Positions 1-9,327 of a stretch of 64,000 nt of DNA are shown in pieces (position 1 is the stretch's first letter; each line of letters begins with the position of its first letter). The stretch covers positions 114,438 through 178,437 of the forward strand of contig JAQGDQ010000384.1 in NCBI GenBank assembly GCA_030141605.1, given 5' to 3'. This stretch comes from Tubiluchus corallicola. Taxonomy: Eukaryota > Animalia > Priapulida. Made by a program: the position numbers and the translations under genes. The notes under the pieces are model-generated. The model did not search any database. It was not told where the DNA came from and worked only from the letters and a program-made list of their open reading frames with translations.

Positions 1-1894
1 TAGCCGGGCCAAATGCCAGACTCAGGTCTTCTGCATCCTGAAAAATAAGCCCGTTTCGCATAACGTAAAGCTGCTGCCATTCTGACGACTCATAGTTAAC
101 ACCCAACAGGGCTGTAATATCATGCACACCATTAAATGACCCGGTGTAGGTGGCATAGGCATTTGTAGCTATATACCGGGTCTTACTCTCACGCTGCTCT
201 AAATCATTTTTATCCAGCCCCTGATAGCTTATCACCCCATTGGTACGGCTATAGGGAACAGGTACCCGTATCTGCTTTGTATCATGACTGATTTGTTGTA
301 ACGACAAATCGGCATTTAGCTTCAACTTCCCCTTTACAATATCTGCATCCGCAGAAATAGTGTTTTTCAGGAGCGTCCTGTATGTATCTTTACCGCTCTT
401 ACCGTACCAAAAATCCCCAACAGTGTAAGCGGCAGAGTGTGTCAAACTCCCGTCTCTGTTGAACATCATTGAGGTGGGATGCCCCTCATCTGCAATATTG
501 CGCCAGATACCACCTCCCTCCCCTACATTAACAGGATTATGGTAACTCATATCTGAAAACTCCATATTATTACTTATAGCTATCCAGTCAGCAACTTTTA
601 CACTTGCTTTTGCCCTTATATTAAGCATCTTATAATCATCAGAATTGTACCTGAACAGCCCATCCTGCTGGTTATAGCGCCCTGATATCAGATAGGAGAC
701 CGCTTCTGACGAGCCGGAAACAGATATATTATGATCCTGGGCATACAGACTGCTCTTATACAACAGCTCATACCAATCAGTACTGCCATAATAGATGTTT
801 TCGTTGGTGTGAGGATCTATGGCATACTTAGACAGTGTTGGGTCGTCGTGTCTTTTTTTCAGCTCTTCCAGATATTGTGGAGAAAACGGTTGTGTCTTGT
901 TGATTTTTGTTGGTAAGTTATTATAATCATTCCATGCATTATAGGCATCGGAAAAATGGCTGGCCCAGATATATCCATCAGTAACATAGTCAGGAACAGT
1001 TGTTGGAAATTTAACCGACTGATTGGTGGAATAATGCACCTTTACGTCTCCTTTGAGTGGGCTCTTGGTGGTTATCAGTACAACACCAAATGCAGCTCGG
1101 GCCCCATATATTGATGCAGAAGCGGCGTCCTTTAAAACAGATATAGAAGCTATATCATTGGGATTCAGCATGGTGGGATCCCCCTCCACCCCATCTATCA
1201 GCACCAGGGCACTCCCCCCCTGCCCAACAGATGTCACCCCTCTTATATTGAATGTCGGAGACTGTGTAGGCTTCCCATCCAGTAGGGTTACATTCAGGTT
1301 TGGAATTTGCCCTTGTAACCCCTGGGTTATATTGTTTACAGCCCTGTTTTCAAAAACCTCTCCATCCACATGGTCAATTGCTCCTGACAGATTAACTTTA
1401 CTCATTGTACCATACCCGATAGCAATAACCTCCTCCAGACCTATTGCATCTTCTGCCAGCACAACATCAATTACGCTCCTTCCCCCTGCTTCAACCTCCT
1501 GTGTAGCCATACCCAAAAAAGAAAACACCAGTGTTGTTGCCCATTCAGGAATAGAAATAGAGTATCTCCCATCTATGCCTGTAATTACACCTAGGGTAGT
1601 CCCTTTTACAATAACAGATGCCCCCGGCAAAGATTCGCCTGACTTATCAGTTACATGACCGGAAACTACGATACTTTGTTGATCCCAGGAATAATGAGAG
1701 AATGTAGTAAAATAATCTGCTGCCGAAGCCTGTATTACCACTGCTACTAATAAAAACAGAACTGACAAAATCCTCCGGTCGAATATGCCGGCAGCTACTC
1801 TCTCAACACTGAGAAACCTTACTCCCTGTTTTTTACACGTCATTACAAGAAAAAAAGATATAAGTAATAAAAATGAAATAGTTAGATTTTTCAT
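1..1894 (-). CDS. susC: SusC/RagA-family TonB-dependent outer-membrane transporter, 5' part (runs off the window edge)
   Basis: Hand translation from ATG at 1894: MKNLTISFLLLISFFLVMTCKKQG...VVSGHVTDKSGESLPGASVIVKGTT. Further downstream are IAIGYGT, QGLQGQIPNLNV and the plug signature SVLKDAASASIYGARAAFGVVLITTK. It is missing from the ORF track, consistent with its stop lying outside the window. Confidence 0.92.
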   Translation of the reverse strand, partial: MKNLTISFLLLISFFLVMTCKKQGVRFLSVERVAAGIFDRRILSVLFLLVAVVIQASAADYFTTFSHYSWDQQSIVVSGHVTDKSGESLPGASVIVKGTTLGVITGIDGRYSISIPEWATTLVFSFLGMATQEVEAGGRSVIDVVLAEDAIGLEEVIAIGYGTMSKVNLSGAIDHVDGEVFENRAVNNITQGLQGQIPNLNVTLLDGKPTQSPTFNIRGVTSVGQGGSALVLIDGVEGDPTMLNPNDIASISVLKDAASASIYGARAAFGVVLITTKSPLKGDVKVHYSTNQSVKFPTTVPDYVTDGYIWASHFSDAYNAWNDYNNLPTKINKTQPFSPQYLEELKKRHDDPTLSKYAIDPHTNENIYYGSTDWYELLYKSSLYAQDHNISVSGSSEAVSYLISGRYNQQDGLFRYNSDDYKMLNIRAKASVKVADWIAISNNMEFSDMSYHNPVNVGEGGGIWRNIADEGHPTSMMFNRDGSLTHSAAYTVGDFWYGKSGKDTYRTLLKNTISADADIVKGKLKLNADLSLQQISHDTKQIRVPVPYSRTNGVISYQGLDKNDLEQRESKTRYIATNAYATYTGSFNGVHDITALLGVNYESSEWQQLYVMRNGLIFQDAEDLSLAFGPA

Positions 1895-2212
1895 AGGAAT
1901 TCCGCTCACAAGAACTTGCCACATATAAGAGCTTTAAAAGTCACGTATGTTAAACAGCCAGAATCAAAACCGTGACAACGCACATCTAATGTAGCAAATA
2001 AAAAAGTTAATATAGTAATTAATTACCATAATAGGTAAACATCGAGTGCAAAACGATAAACATTTTTCTCCTATTTATGCATCGTGCCTGTTAAACTGTG
2101 GCTATGTTAGCTTTAATTAGCATGGCGTTGATATCCAGTGAGCCTTTAGAAACTCGAAAAACAACACCCTGTTAGTCTGATGCTTATCTATAGAGATAGT
2201 TAAGTGCTAACA

Positions 2213-2568
2213 GCGAACACTCACCTCCTATTACTCTAAGCGAAATACTATAAAAAAGATCATACAAAATAAATAATCTATTTATAGATATAATATAATA
2301 TATTACACCACATCACCTCCCGGCTATAGCCAACAAATGAAACTCATCGTGTTATCACCATACTTAGATAACAGCTATTTGTAACAGGTTTTAACCCTGC
2401 TACCACACTACTACTTCATGTTATAGTTTAATAGTTTATAAAAAAGCAGGTGTAAAATAGCTTGTATCTTGTATGAAAACAGAATAAAAAAACCGTGCTC
2501 CTGCAGATAGCACGGTTTTAGATATTACCAGCAATACTTTTGCCTGTTTTTAATCCTGTTTTTAACTA
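2213..2568. repeat. Diverged copy of the intergenic region 6763-7417
   Basis: Shared blocks AACACTCACCTC, CTATAAAAAAGATCAT, CTGCTACCACACTACTACTTCATGTTATA, AAAAAGCAG.TGTAAAATAGCTTG, ACCAGCAATACTTTTG and AATCCTGTTTTTAACTATTACTGCC occur in the same order in both regions. Confidence 0.9.
2486..2519 (-). terminator. Rho-independent terminator after the large GLUG lipoprotein gene
   Basis: Stem AAAACCGTGCT/AGCACGGTTTT with a 9-nt loop and a T-run on the minus strand, 50 bp after the stop codon. Confidence 0.75.
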
Positions 2569-5500
2569 TTACTGCCAATAGAGAGTAGGCCACTGTCCAT
2601 TACCCTGCCACAGCCAGGGGCTATCTTCACTGTTGCCAAATTGCCAGCCCTCGAAAACAGGATTATCGCTATTCCCTTTATCTATATACCCATTTCCTGA
2701 CTGCTCCAAGTTGACCCCGGAAGAGACGCCCACCCCAAGGTGATATAGATCAAGTTTACCATCGGTAGAAGTATTTTGGCCTGTGCTGGTCTTGTCCCAG
2801 TAGCTGCTAGTGGTAATGGTTCCTACTCCACTGTTATTTACAAATCCCAATAAGCCGCCGGCATAACTTCCAAACGGCGTTCCTGTTCTAGTTACATTAC
2901 CCGTAGCGTAATTATTTATAATCGTACTCTTGCTGATAGTTCCTAACAAGGCGGCGACACGGCTTCTCCCTACAACATCTCCCGTAGCATAGTTATCTTT
3001 AATAGTACCTAAATAATCATATCCCATCAAACCGCCAACACCAAGTCCTCCATCCACTCTACTATATGAGTAACAATTGGTAGTAGTGCCTTTATGGCAT
3101 CCTCCCACCAAGCCTCCGGTATAGTCTTCTCCATTCACACTACTACCCGCGTAACAATTGGTAATAGTGCTATTTCTGACATATCCCACCAAGCCTCCGG
3201 TATAAACTTCTCCATTCACACTACCTCCCGTAACATAACAATTGGTAATAGTGCTATTTCCAGAAAGGAATCCCACCAGGCCTCCGGTATATTTCCTTCG
3301 TCCCGTTACTCCTTTTGAAGATATCTCTACTCCCACGTTTTTGATGATTGCTCCATTAGTATAACTAAACAAACCTGCATAATCATCATCAATGGGTGCA
3401 TCACTTCTATCTATAAAGAGGTTCATTATCTTATGACCACCTCCATCAAATGAGCCTGTAAATGTAGTCCAAATGCTCCCTAAGGGAACAAACCCAACCT
3501 TATCAAGCCCTTCCGGAAAGCCGCCAGGGGTTTCATCTGGTAAAGTTATGTCATTCTGTAAGGTATAATCACCAGCTAAATCATATTTTATCCCTTGTAA
3601 GTCCTGCCAACTCCTTATGCTATACTGCTCCTTGAAGGTATTAGTATAAGTGAAGGTTTTCTCTGGCACACCTGATCTTGAAAGTTTTAACTCCGTAGTG
3701 AGTTGCCCGTCATCTATGTTTATGGTTTTCCAATTTGGATACCTATTCAAAGCTAAATGGTTGCTTATAGATGCTTTATTGTTTGTTGCAGTTATAGTTC
3801 CTGAGGGACGACTGCTTACTCCATCTACTGTCAGGACATAGTTCCAGTTACCGTTCTTCAGGTTTCCTACCTCAAAAAGATTATTTTTATCAAAGTCTCC
3901 TGCACCAACCCTGTCTCCACCACTGTAGCTAGCTGATTTTAGCGTTGGTGACAGCTTCGTTAATGTTACTTTATACTCTTTTAATGTACTTTCATCTTCT
4001 GATGTAACAGTGTATCTCACCTCTTGATTGAAATCCTGAAGTGCATCTTTGGATGGCTCTATAGTTGCCCCTTCAGATATTTCCAGTAGTGACGGAGAGA
4101 TGTTGTCCAAAGTAATTCCATATGGAACATCTCCTGTAATCGTGCCCGCTTCGTCATCAATACTTATATTTTTTACTCCATTTATACCAAAGTCTGTGAT
4201 TAGCGCCTCAGGATTAAGAGCTACATCAACAGTTACGATATATTCCTTCTCACTACCATCCTCCGCTGTTACTGTATATTTTACAGGTCTCGTAAAGTCA
4301 CTCTGATTAACCGGGTCCGAGGCTATACTTTCCCCAACATACTTAATATCAGGAGTAAGACCTGTCAAGCCTGTGCCATAGGGCACTGTAAGAGTTATCG
4401 TTCCCTCTTCCTGATCTATATCACCTTCCACTACATCCGGATCCGAAAACGGATTGTCCGCAGCAAGAAAGTTGAACTCTGTTATCTCTTTTTCATCACT
4501 CGCTGCTTCATTAACCGTTACGATATATTCCTTCTTACTACCATCATCCGCTGTTACTGTATATTTTACAGGTCCCGTAAAGTTATTCTGATTAACCGGG
4601 TCCCGGGCTATACTTTCCCCAATATACTTAATATCAGGAATAAGATCTGTCAAGCCTGTGCCATAGGGCACTGTAAGGGTTATCGTTCCCTCTTCCTGAT
4701 CTATATCACCTTCCACTACATCCGGATCCGAAAACGGATTGTCCGCAGCAAGAAAGTTGAACTCTGTTATCTCTTTTTCATCACTCGCTGCTTCATTAAC
4801 CGTTACGATATATTCCTTCTTACTACCATCATCCGCTGTTACTGTATACTCTACAGATTCCGTAAAGTCACTCTGATTAACCGGGTCTATACTTGCCCCA
4901 ATATACTTAATATCAGGAGTAAGACCTGTCAAGCCTGTGCCATAGGGCACTGTAAGAGTTATCGTCCCTCCTGCTTGATCTATATAACCTTCCACTACAT
5001 CCGGATCCGAAAACGGATTGTCCGCAGCAAGAAAGTTGAACTCTGTTATCTCTTTTTCATCACTCGCTGCTTCATTAACCGTTACAGTATATTTCTTCTC
5101 ACTACCATCCTCCGCTGTTACTGTATATTTTACAGGTCTCGTAAAGTCACTCTGATTAACCGGGTCCGAGGCTATACTTTCCCCAACATACTTAATATCA
5201 GGAGTAAGACCTGTCAAGCCTGTGCCATAGGGCACTGTAAGGGTTATCGTTCCCTCTTCCTGATCTATATCACCTTCCACTACATCCGGATCCGAAAACG
5301 GATTGTTCGCAGCAAGAAAGTTGAACTCTGTTATCTCTTTACTTGCGCTTGAAGCAATTGCCACCAAATACTTCTGCTGAGTTTTCCCATCCTGAGCTGT
5401 TACTGTGTATTCTATAGAACGTGAAAAGTTTTGAGCATCATCCAAAGGAGGGTAAATATTCGCTCCGTCAGATATCTCAATATCCGGAACTATTATGCTT

Positions 5501-6543
5501 AAATCTGCTCCGAATAAAGCAGTACCTGTAATTGTGCCGTTAACATGATCAATCACCAGCTCATCTTCTTCCACAACTCCATCAAGCTTAAACTCCTTGA
5601 TCCTTGCATCTGTAACTTTATCCACTTCGAGTACAACAATGTACTCATGTGTAGTTTCATTTTCAGCCGTTACTATGTAGTGTACGTTGTTGGTAAAGTT
5701 CTGTTTGACACCACTGACAGGATCAACACTTGCCCCTATGTAGGAAATGGTGGGAACAAGTTCACCAAGCACCTTGTAAGATACAGTGGCTGATATTATT
5801 GTACCATTTTTTTTCCCTATTATATCCTCATCGCCCAACACAGAGTTATTTGCCGCCTCAAAGATAAAGCTGACAATCCCTTTACTATCCTCAGAATCAA
5901 CCTCAACAACAGCAGTATACTCTTTTGTGCTACCATCAATTGCAGTTACAATATATGATACATCTTCGGTGAAGTCCTGCGCCTCTTTTTTACCGGGAGA
6001 TATAGAGGCACCTTGATATCTGATAAAAGGTACCAGATGCTCCCTATCTGCCAGATATGGCACTATGATTTTCATAACCCCGGATGACTCAATTATCTCA
6101 TCCACAGCTATATCTTCTGCCAGACTTTTATTATCATCAGCTCTAAATATAAAGCTGGTGATGACTTTCGCATCGCTGGGTATTAAATCTATAGTTACAA
6201 TATAGGGCTGAGTGCTCCCATCCTCTGCCTCTACAATATACTCTACAGGGTCGGTAAAATTCTTCTCAACATCGCTCTCAGGTGTTACTCTAGCCTTATC
6301 GGAAACAACAATTTTACTAGGGGCAAGACTGGATATATAAGTCTCATATTGAGGTAAAGCAACAAGTACAGTGTGATTCTCATTATCAATCTCCGCTTTA
6401 CCAATGCTACCCTCTACTTCAAACTCAAGAATCTCTTTTTTATCAGAGAGAAGTCCTACTTCCTGTTTTTTGCATGTTACTACAAATAAAAAAGATGTAA
6501 ATAACAAAAGTGAAATCGTTAGTTTTTTTATAATAGTCTCCAT
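2569..6543 (-). CDS. Large surface lipoprotein: nine Ig-like (DUF5018-type) stalk domains plus C-terminal GLUG-motif repeat head
   Basis: Likely start METIIKK at 6543 with lipoprotein signal ...FLFVVT-CKKQE. Nine Y(I/T)V(T/E)(A/S)xDG-type motifs are followed by KEQYSIRSWQDLQG, FDGGGHKI and repeated (Y/V)xGGLVG...ITNCY units. Confidence 0.85.
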   Translation of the reverse strand: METIIKKLTISLLLFTSFLFVVTCKKQEVGLLSDKKEILEFEVEGSIGKAEIDNENHTVLVALPQYETYISSLAPSKIVVSDKARVTPESDVEKNFTDPVEYIVEAEDGSTQPYIVTIDLIPSDAKVITSFIFRADDNKSLAEDIAVDEIIESSGVMKIIVPYLADREHLVPFIRYQGASISPGKKEAQDFTEDVSYIVTAIDGSTKEYTAVVEVDSEDSKGIVSFIFEAANNSVLGDEDIIGKKNGTIISATVSYKVLGELVPTISYIGASVDPVSGVKQNFTNNVHYIVTAENETTHEYIVVLEVDKVTDARIKEFKLDGVVEEDELVIDHVNGTITGTALFGADLSIIVPDIEISDGANIYPPLDDAQNFSRSIEYTVTAQDGKTQQKYLVAIASSASKEITEFNFLAANNPFSDPDVVEGDIDQEEGTITLTVPYGTGLTGLTPDIKYVGESIASDPVNQSDFTRPVKYTVTAEDGSEKKYTVTVNEAASDEKEITEFNFLAADNPFSDPDVVEGYIDQAGGTITLTVPYGTGLTGLTPDIKYIGASIDPVNQSDFTESVEYTVTADDGSKKEYIVTVNEAASDEKEITEFNFLAADNPFSDPDVVEGDIDQEEGTITLTVPYGTGLTDLIPDIKYIGESIARDPVNQNNFTGPVKYTVTADDGSKKEYIVTVNEAASDEKEITEFNFLAADNPFSDPDVVEGDIDQEEGTITLTVPYGTGLTGLTPDIKYVGESIASDPVNQSDFTRPVKYTVTAEDGSEKEYIVTVDVALNPEALITDFGINGVKNISIDDEAGTITGDVPYGITLDNISPSLLEISEGATIEPSKDALQDFNQEVRYTVTSEDESTLKEYKVTLTKLSPTLKSASYSGGDRVGAGDFDKNNLFEVGNLKNGNWNYVLTVDGVSSRPSGTITATNNKASISNHLALNRYPNWKTINIDDGQLTTELKLSRSGVPEKTFTYTNTFKEQYSIRSWQDLQGIKYDLAGDYTLQNDITLPDETPGGFPEGLDKVGFVPLGSIWTTFTGSFDGGGHKIMNLFIDRSDAPIDDDYAGLFSYTNGAIIKNVGVEISSKGVTGRRKYTGGLVGFLSGNSTITNCYVTGGSVNGEVYTGGLVGYVRNSTITNCYAGSSVNGEDYTGGLVGGCHKGTTTNCYSYSRVDGGLGVGGLMGYDYLGTIKDNYATGDVVGRSRVAALLGTISKSTIINNYATGNVTRTGTPFGSYAGGLLGFVNNSGVGTITTSSYWDKTSTGQNTSTDGKLDLYHLGVGVSSGVNLEQSGNGYIDKGNSDNPVFEGWQFGNSEDSPWLWQGNGQWPTLYWQ
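4230..5340 (-). repeat. Four near-identical in-frame tandem repeats encoding stalk domains
   Basis: GTTGAACTCTGTTATCTC recurs at 4471, 4756, 5035 and 5320 (periods 285, 279, 285 bp). The protein unit KEITEFNFLAAxNPFSDPDVVEG...YTVTAxDGS occurs four times. Confidence 0.97.
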
Positions 6544-6762
6544 TTCATGAAAATTTAAATTCGCGAAAATAAGCATGCACCTCACCGCCGCTAAGATAGC
6601 ATCTATTTTTCGTAATATCATGCATCACACTTGTTAATTTATGTTAAAATTATGTTAATTTTTGGTATAGTGCTGATATACAGCGAGTTTTTTTACTGAA
6701 CTAAGGTAATGCATTGTTAACCTGATACTTAGCTTCAAAGCGGTTAAGTGTTGTCCGAGATT

Positions 6763-7417
6763 AAACACTCACCTCATATAATACCCTAAGCAACATGCTA
6801 TAAAAAAGATCATGCAAAGCAAACAATTCCTTTATGGATATAATATACTACATTATGCTCTTCTTGATTGCTATTAATAAATGAAAACCAGTATGTTATG
6901 ACTATGTTAGGCAATAGCTAAACATTGCAAGGCCATTGTAAGGTTTATTTTTACCCCTCTTTTTATTAAACTCTTTATCAAAGTTGTTTTAAATGCTCTA
7001 ATCGGGGTAGGTTTTTTTACCAAATTTTGCCCCAGTCCAATCCCCTTGCTGTGGCCAACATATTATACAAAAGGGAATTACTCCCTTTTGTAAATACTCT
7101 GTCTATTTTTCCTTAGCTTATACTCCTGTATTCACGCTTAGCTGCTCTCAAAAAGCTTTTAGAAACTCTCCATTGTACTTCAATATCGGGAGTTGCCCAT
7201 TTAATACCGGAATTTTTATAGATAAAAGAGTAAAAGAACACTGTTTTTAACAGGTTTGAATTCTGCTACCACACTACTACTTCATGTTATATGTTTAACA
7301 AAAAGCAGATGTAAAATAGCTTGATACTGTATGAAAAAATGACTAGTCCTAATTAAGCGTTACAGATTATTTAGGACTAGTCACCAGCAATACTTTTGAT
7401 AATCCTGTTTTTAACTA
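6763..7417. repeat. Diverged copy of intergenic 2213-2568 carrying an extra ~320-bp insert (~6925-7245)
   Basis: Same ordered blocks as 2213-2568; the insert is absent from the other copy. Confidence 0.85.
7340..7383. other. 44-bp hairpin resembling a solo IS3-family terminal repeat, sitting at the terminator position
   Basis: TGACTAGTCCTAA...TTAGGACTAGTCA has 13-bp perfect arms. Its first ~33 nt align with the reverse complement of the IS3 end at 44939 (TGTCTACTCCTAATTTAATCGTTACAGATTATT). Confidence 0.65.
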
Positions 7418-8239
7418 TTACTGCCAATAGAGAGTAGGCCACTGTCCATTACCCTGCCACAGCCAGGGGGTATCTTCACTGTTGCCAAATTGCCAGCCAT
7501 CGAAAACTTCAACGTCAGGATCCGGGGCTATATCGTAGTATCTACCTCCAATTTCTTGCAGATTAGCCCCGGAAGAGACACCCACCCCTTTACCATCGGC
7601 AGAAGTATTTTGGCCTGTGCTGGTCTTGTCCCAGTAGCTGCTACTGGTAATGGTTCCTACTTTACGGTCATATACAAATCCCAATAAGCCGCCGGCATAA
7701 CTTCCCCCCCCTCGTTATAGTTACATTACCCGTAGCGTAATTATTTATAATCCTACTCCCGCTGATAGTTCCTAACAAGCCGCCGACACGGCTTCCCCCT
7801 ACAACATCTCCCGTAGCATAGTTATCTTTAATAGTACCTAAATTATCATATCCCATCAAACCGCCAACACCAAATACTCCATCCACTCTACTATATGAGT
7901 AACAATTGGTAGTAGTGCCTTTATGGCATCCTCCCACCAAGCCTCCGGTATAGTCTACTCCATTCACACTACTACCCGCGTAACAATTGGTAATAGTGCT
8001 ATTTCTGACATATCCCACCAAGCCTCCGGTATAAATTTTCCATTCACACTACCTCCCGTAACATAACAATTGGTAATAGTGCTATTTCCATCAAGGTATC
8101 CCACCAGGCCTCCGGTATAGTACTCTCCTCCCGTTACTCCTTTTGAAGATATCTCTACTCCCACGTTTTTGATGATTGCTCCATCAGTATAACCAAACAA
8201 ACCTGCATGATCAAAGAGTACACCACTTCTATCTATAAA
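7418..8239 (-). pseudogene. 5'-truncated, frameshifted paralog of the GLUG head of 2569-6543
   Basis: Three overlapping ORF fragments (7964-8200, 7668-8021, 7418-7684) align with 2569-3417. Frameshifts lie at ~8036 (1-bp loss) and near the C8 run 7704-7711. Homology ends exactly at the IS end at 8240. Confidence 0.93.
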
Positions 8240-9088
8240 TGTTTAACTTCAAAACTTATTGGACAAATTGATGCTTAAAGTTAAGAGATAGTTTTATAAT
8301 TCAAATTCTCTTTTTTATGGTGATGATAATTCACTGTTGACTTGCTGGAAACTCGCAGAGTTTTCAATAAATCAAAAGTGATACACTGCGATTTTCTGAT
8401 TCCTTTTTCTTCTTTCATTTAGCGTTTTTATTTTAATGTTTTCACGATTGCCCAGTAACTGTTTTTGCCTTCCAAAATACACGTCGGCAGGTGTAACATT
8501 CTTGAGTGATTCATGATACCGGTGGTTGTTGTAATTATATACAAACTCCTGTAGAACCGTCATTAGTTCATCAGGAAAGTAGTAGTTATCCAACTTTACC
8601 TGATTTTTCATGGTGCGGTGGTAACGCTCAATTTTCCCTTGTGTTTGAGGGTGGTATGGGGCTCCACGTAAATGTCCCATTTTGGTGTCTTTTAAAAAGC
8701 TTTGAAACTCGTTTGATATGTAGCACGCTCCATTATCGGAGAGTAACCTGGGACAATCGCCTGCAGGTATTTTGGCCGTATGTAAAGCCTTTTGAATAAC
8801 ATGGCTTGGCATCGGCCGACTCAATGCTTTGGCAAAGCTCCCAGGTGACGATATACCTTGAATAATCTCCATTACGGTAGCCAAATAATACCAGCCCCAT
8901 CCAATGATTTTAAAGTAGGTGAAATCGGTTTGCCATTGCTGGTGCACACGCGTGGTCTTATCTTTAAACTCATTTGTTCGATAGTCTGTTTTTTTGCCTT
9001 CATCTTATTCGTTTTTATTGGTTATAATTTAAGAAATGTCTCTCTTAATTTTTAAACCAATTTGTCCGAATTAAGCTGAAGATATACA
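8240..9088 (-). mobile_element. Internally deleted IS3-type (rve/DDE) element, copy 1
   Basis: Imperfect terminal IRs TGTTTAACTTCAAAACTTATTGGACAAATTG and rc TGTATATCTTCAGCTTAATTCGGACAAATTG. Contains integrase-core motifs WQTDFTY, LLSDNG and QTQGKIERYHRT. Confidence 0.9.
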
Positions 9089-9327
9089 ATTCTGCACTTA
9101 TTGTTGTTTTGTCCGTTAATTATGTTAACCACCGCACCAAAATCCAGTGGGGTTTGGAAGGCTGGCTTGTTCTGGCATTTAACTGTGAAACAGTCAAATA
9201 CTGTCGGGGGATTAGAAGCCTCTCCCCTACCGGTTTAGCAGGATTGCATCATATTTCCACTCTTTTACATCTCTGCTTGTGCCTAGAGAGCTATTTTATG
9301 TCCCCAATGAAACCCTCAACATCAGGA

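Noticed and set aside
1053-1658. 201-aa plus-strand ORF and the many similar short ORFs opposite susC, sprA, GLUG and LRR genes
   Set aside because: These are antisense or alternate-frame shadows of well-supported genes.
2569-8239. Diversity-generating retroelement (TR/VR pair) between the GLUG gene and its silent copy
   Set aside because: Differences involve all four bases and indels rather than adenines only, the repeat is ~820 bp, and no reverse transcriptase is in the window.
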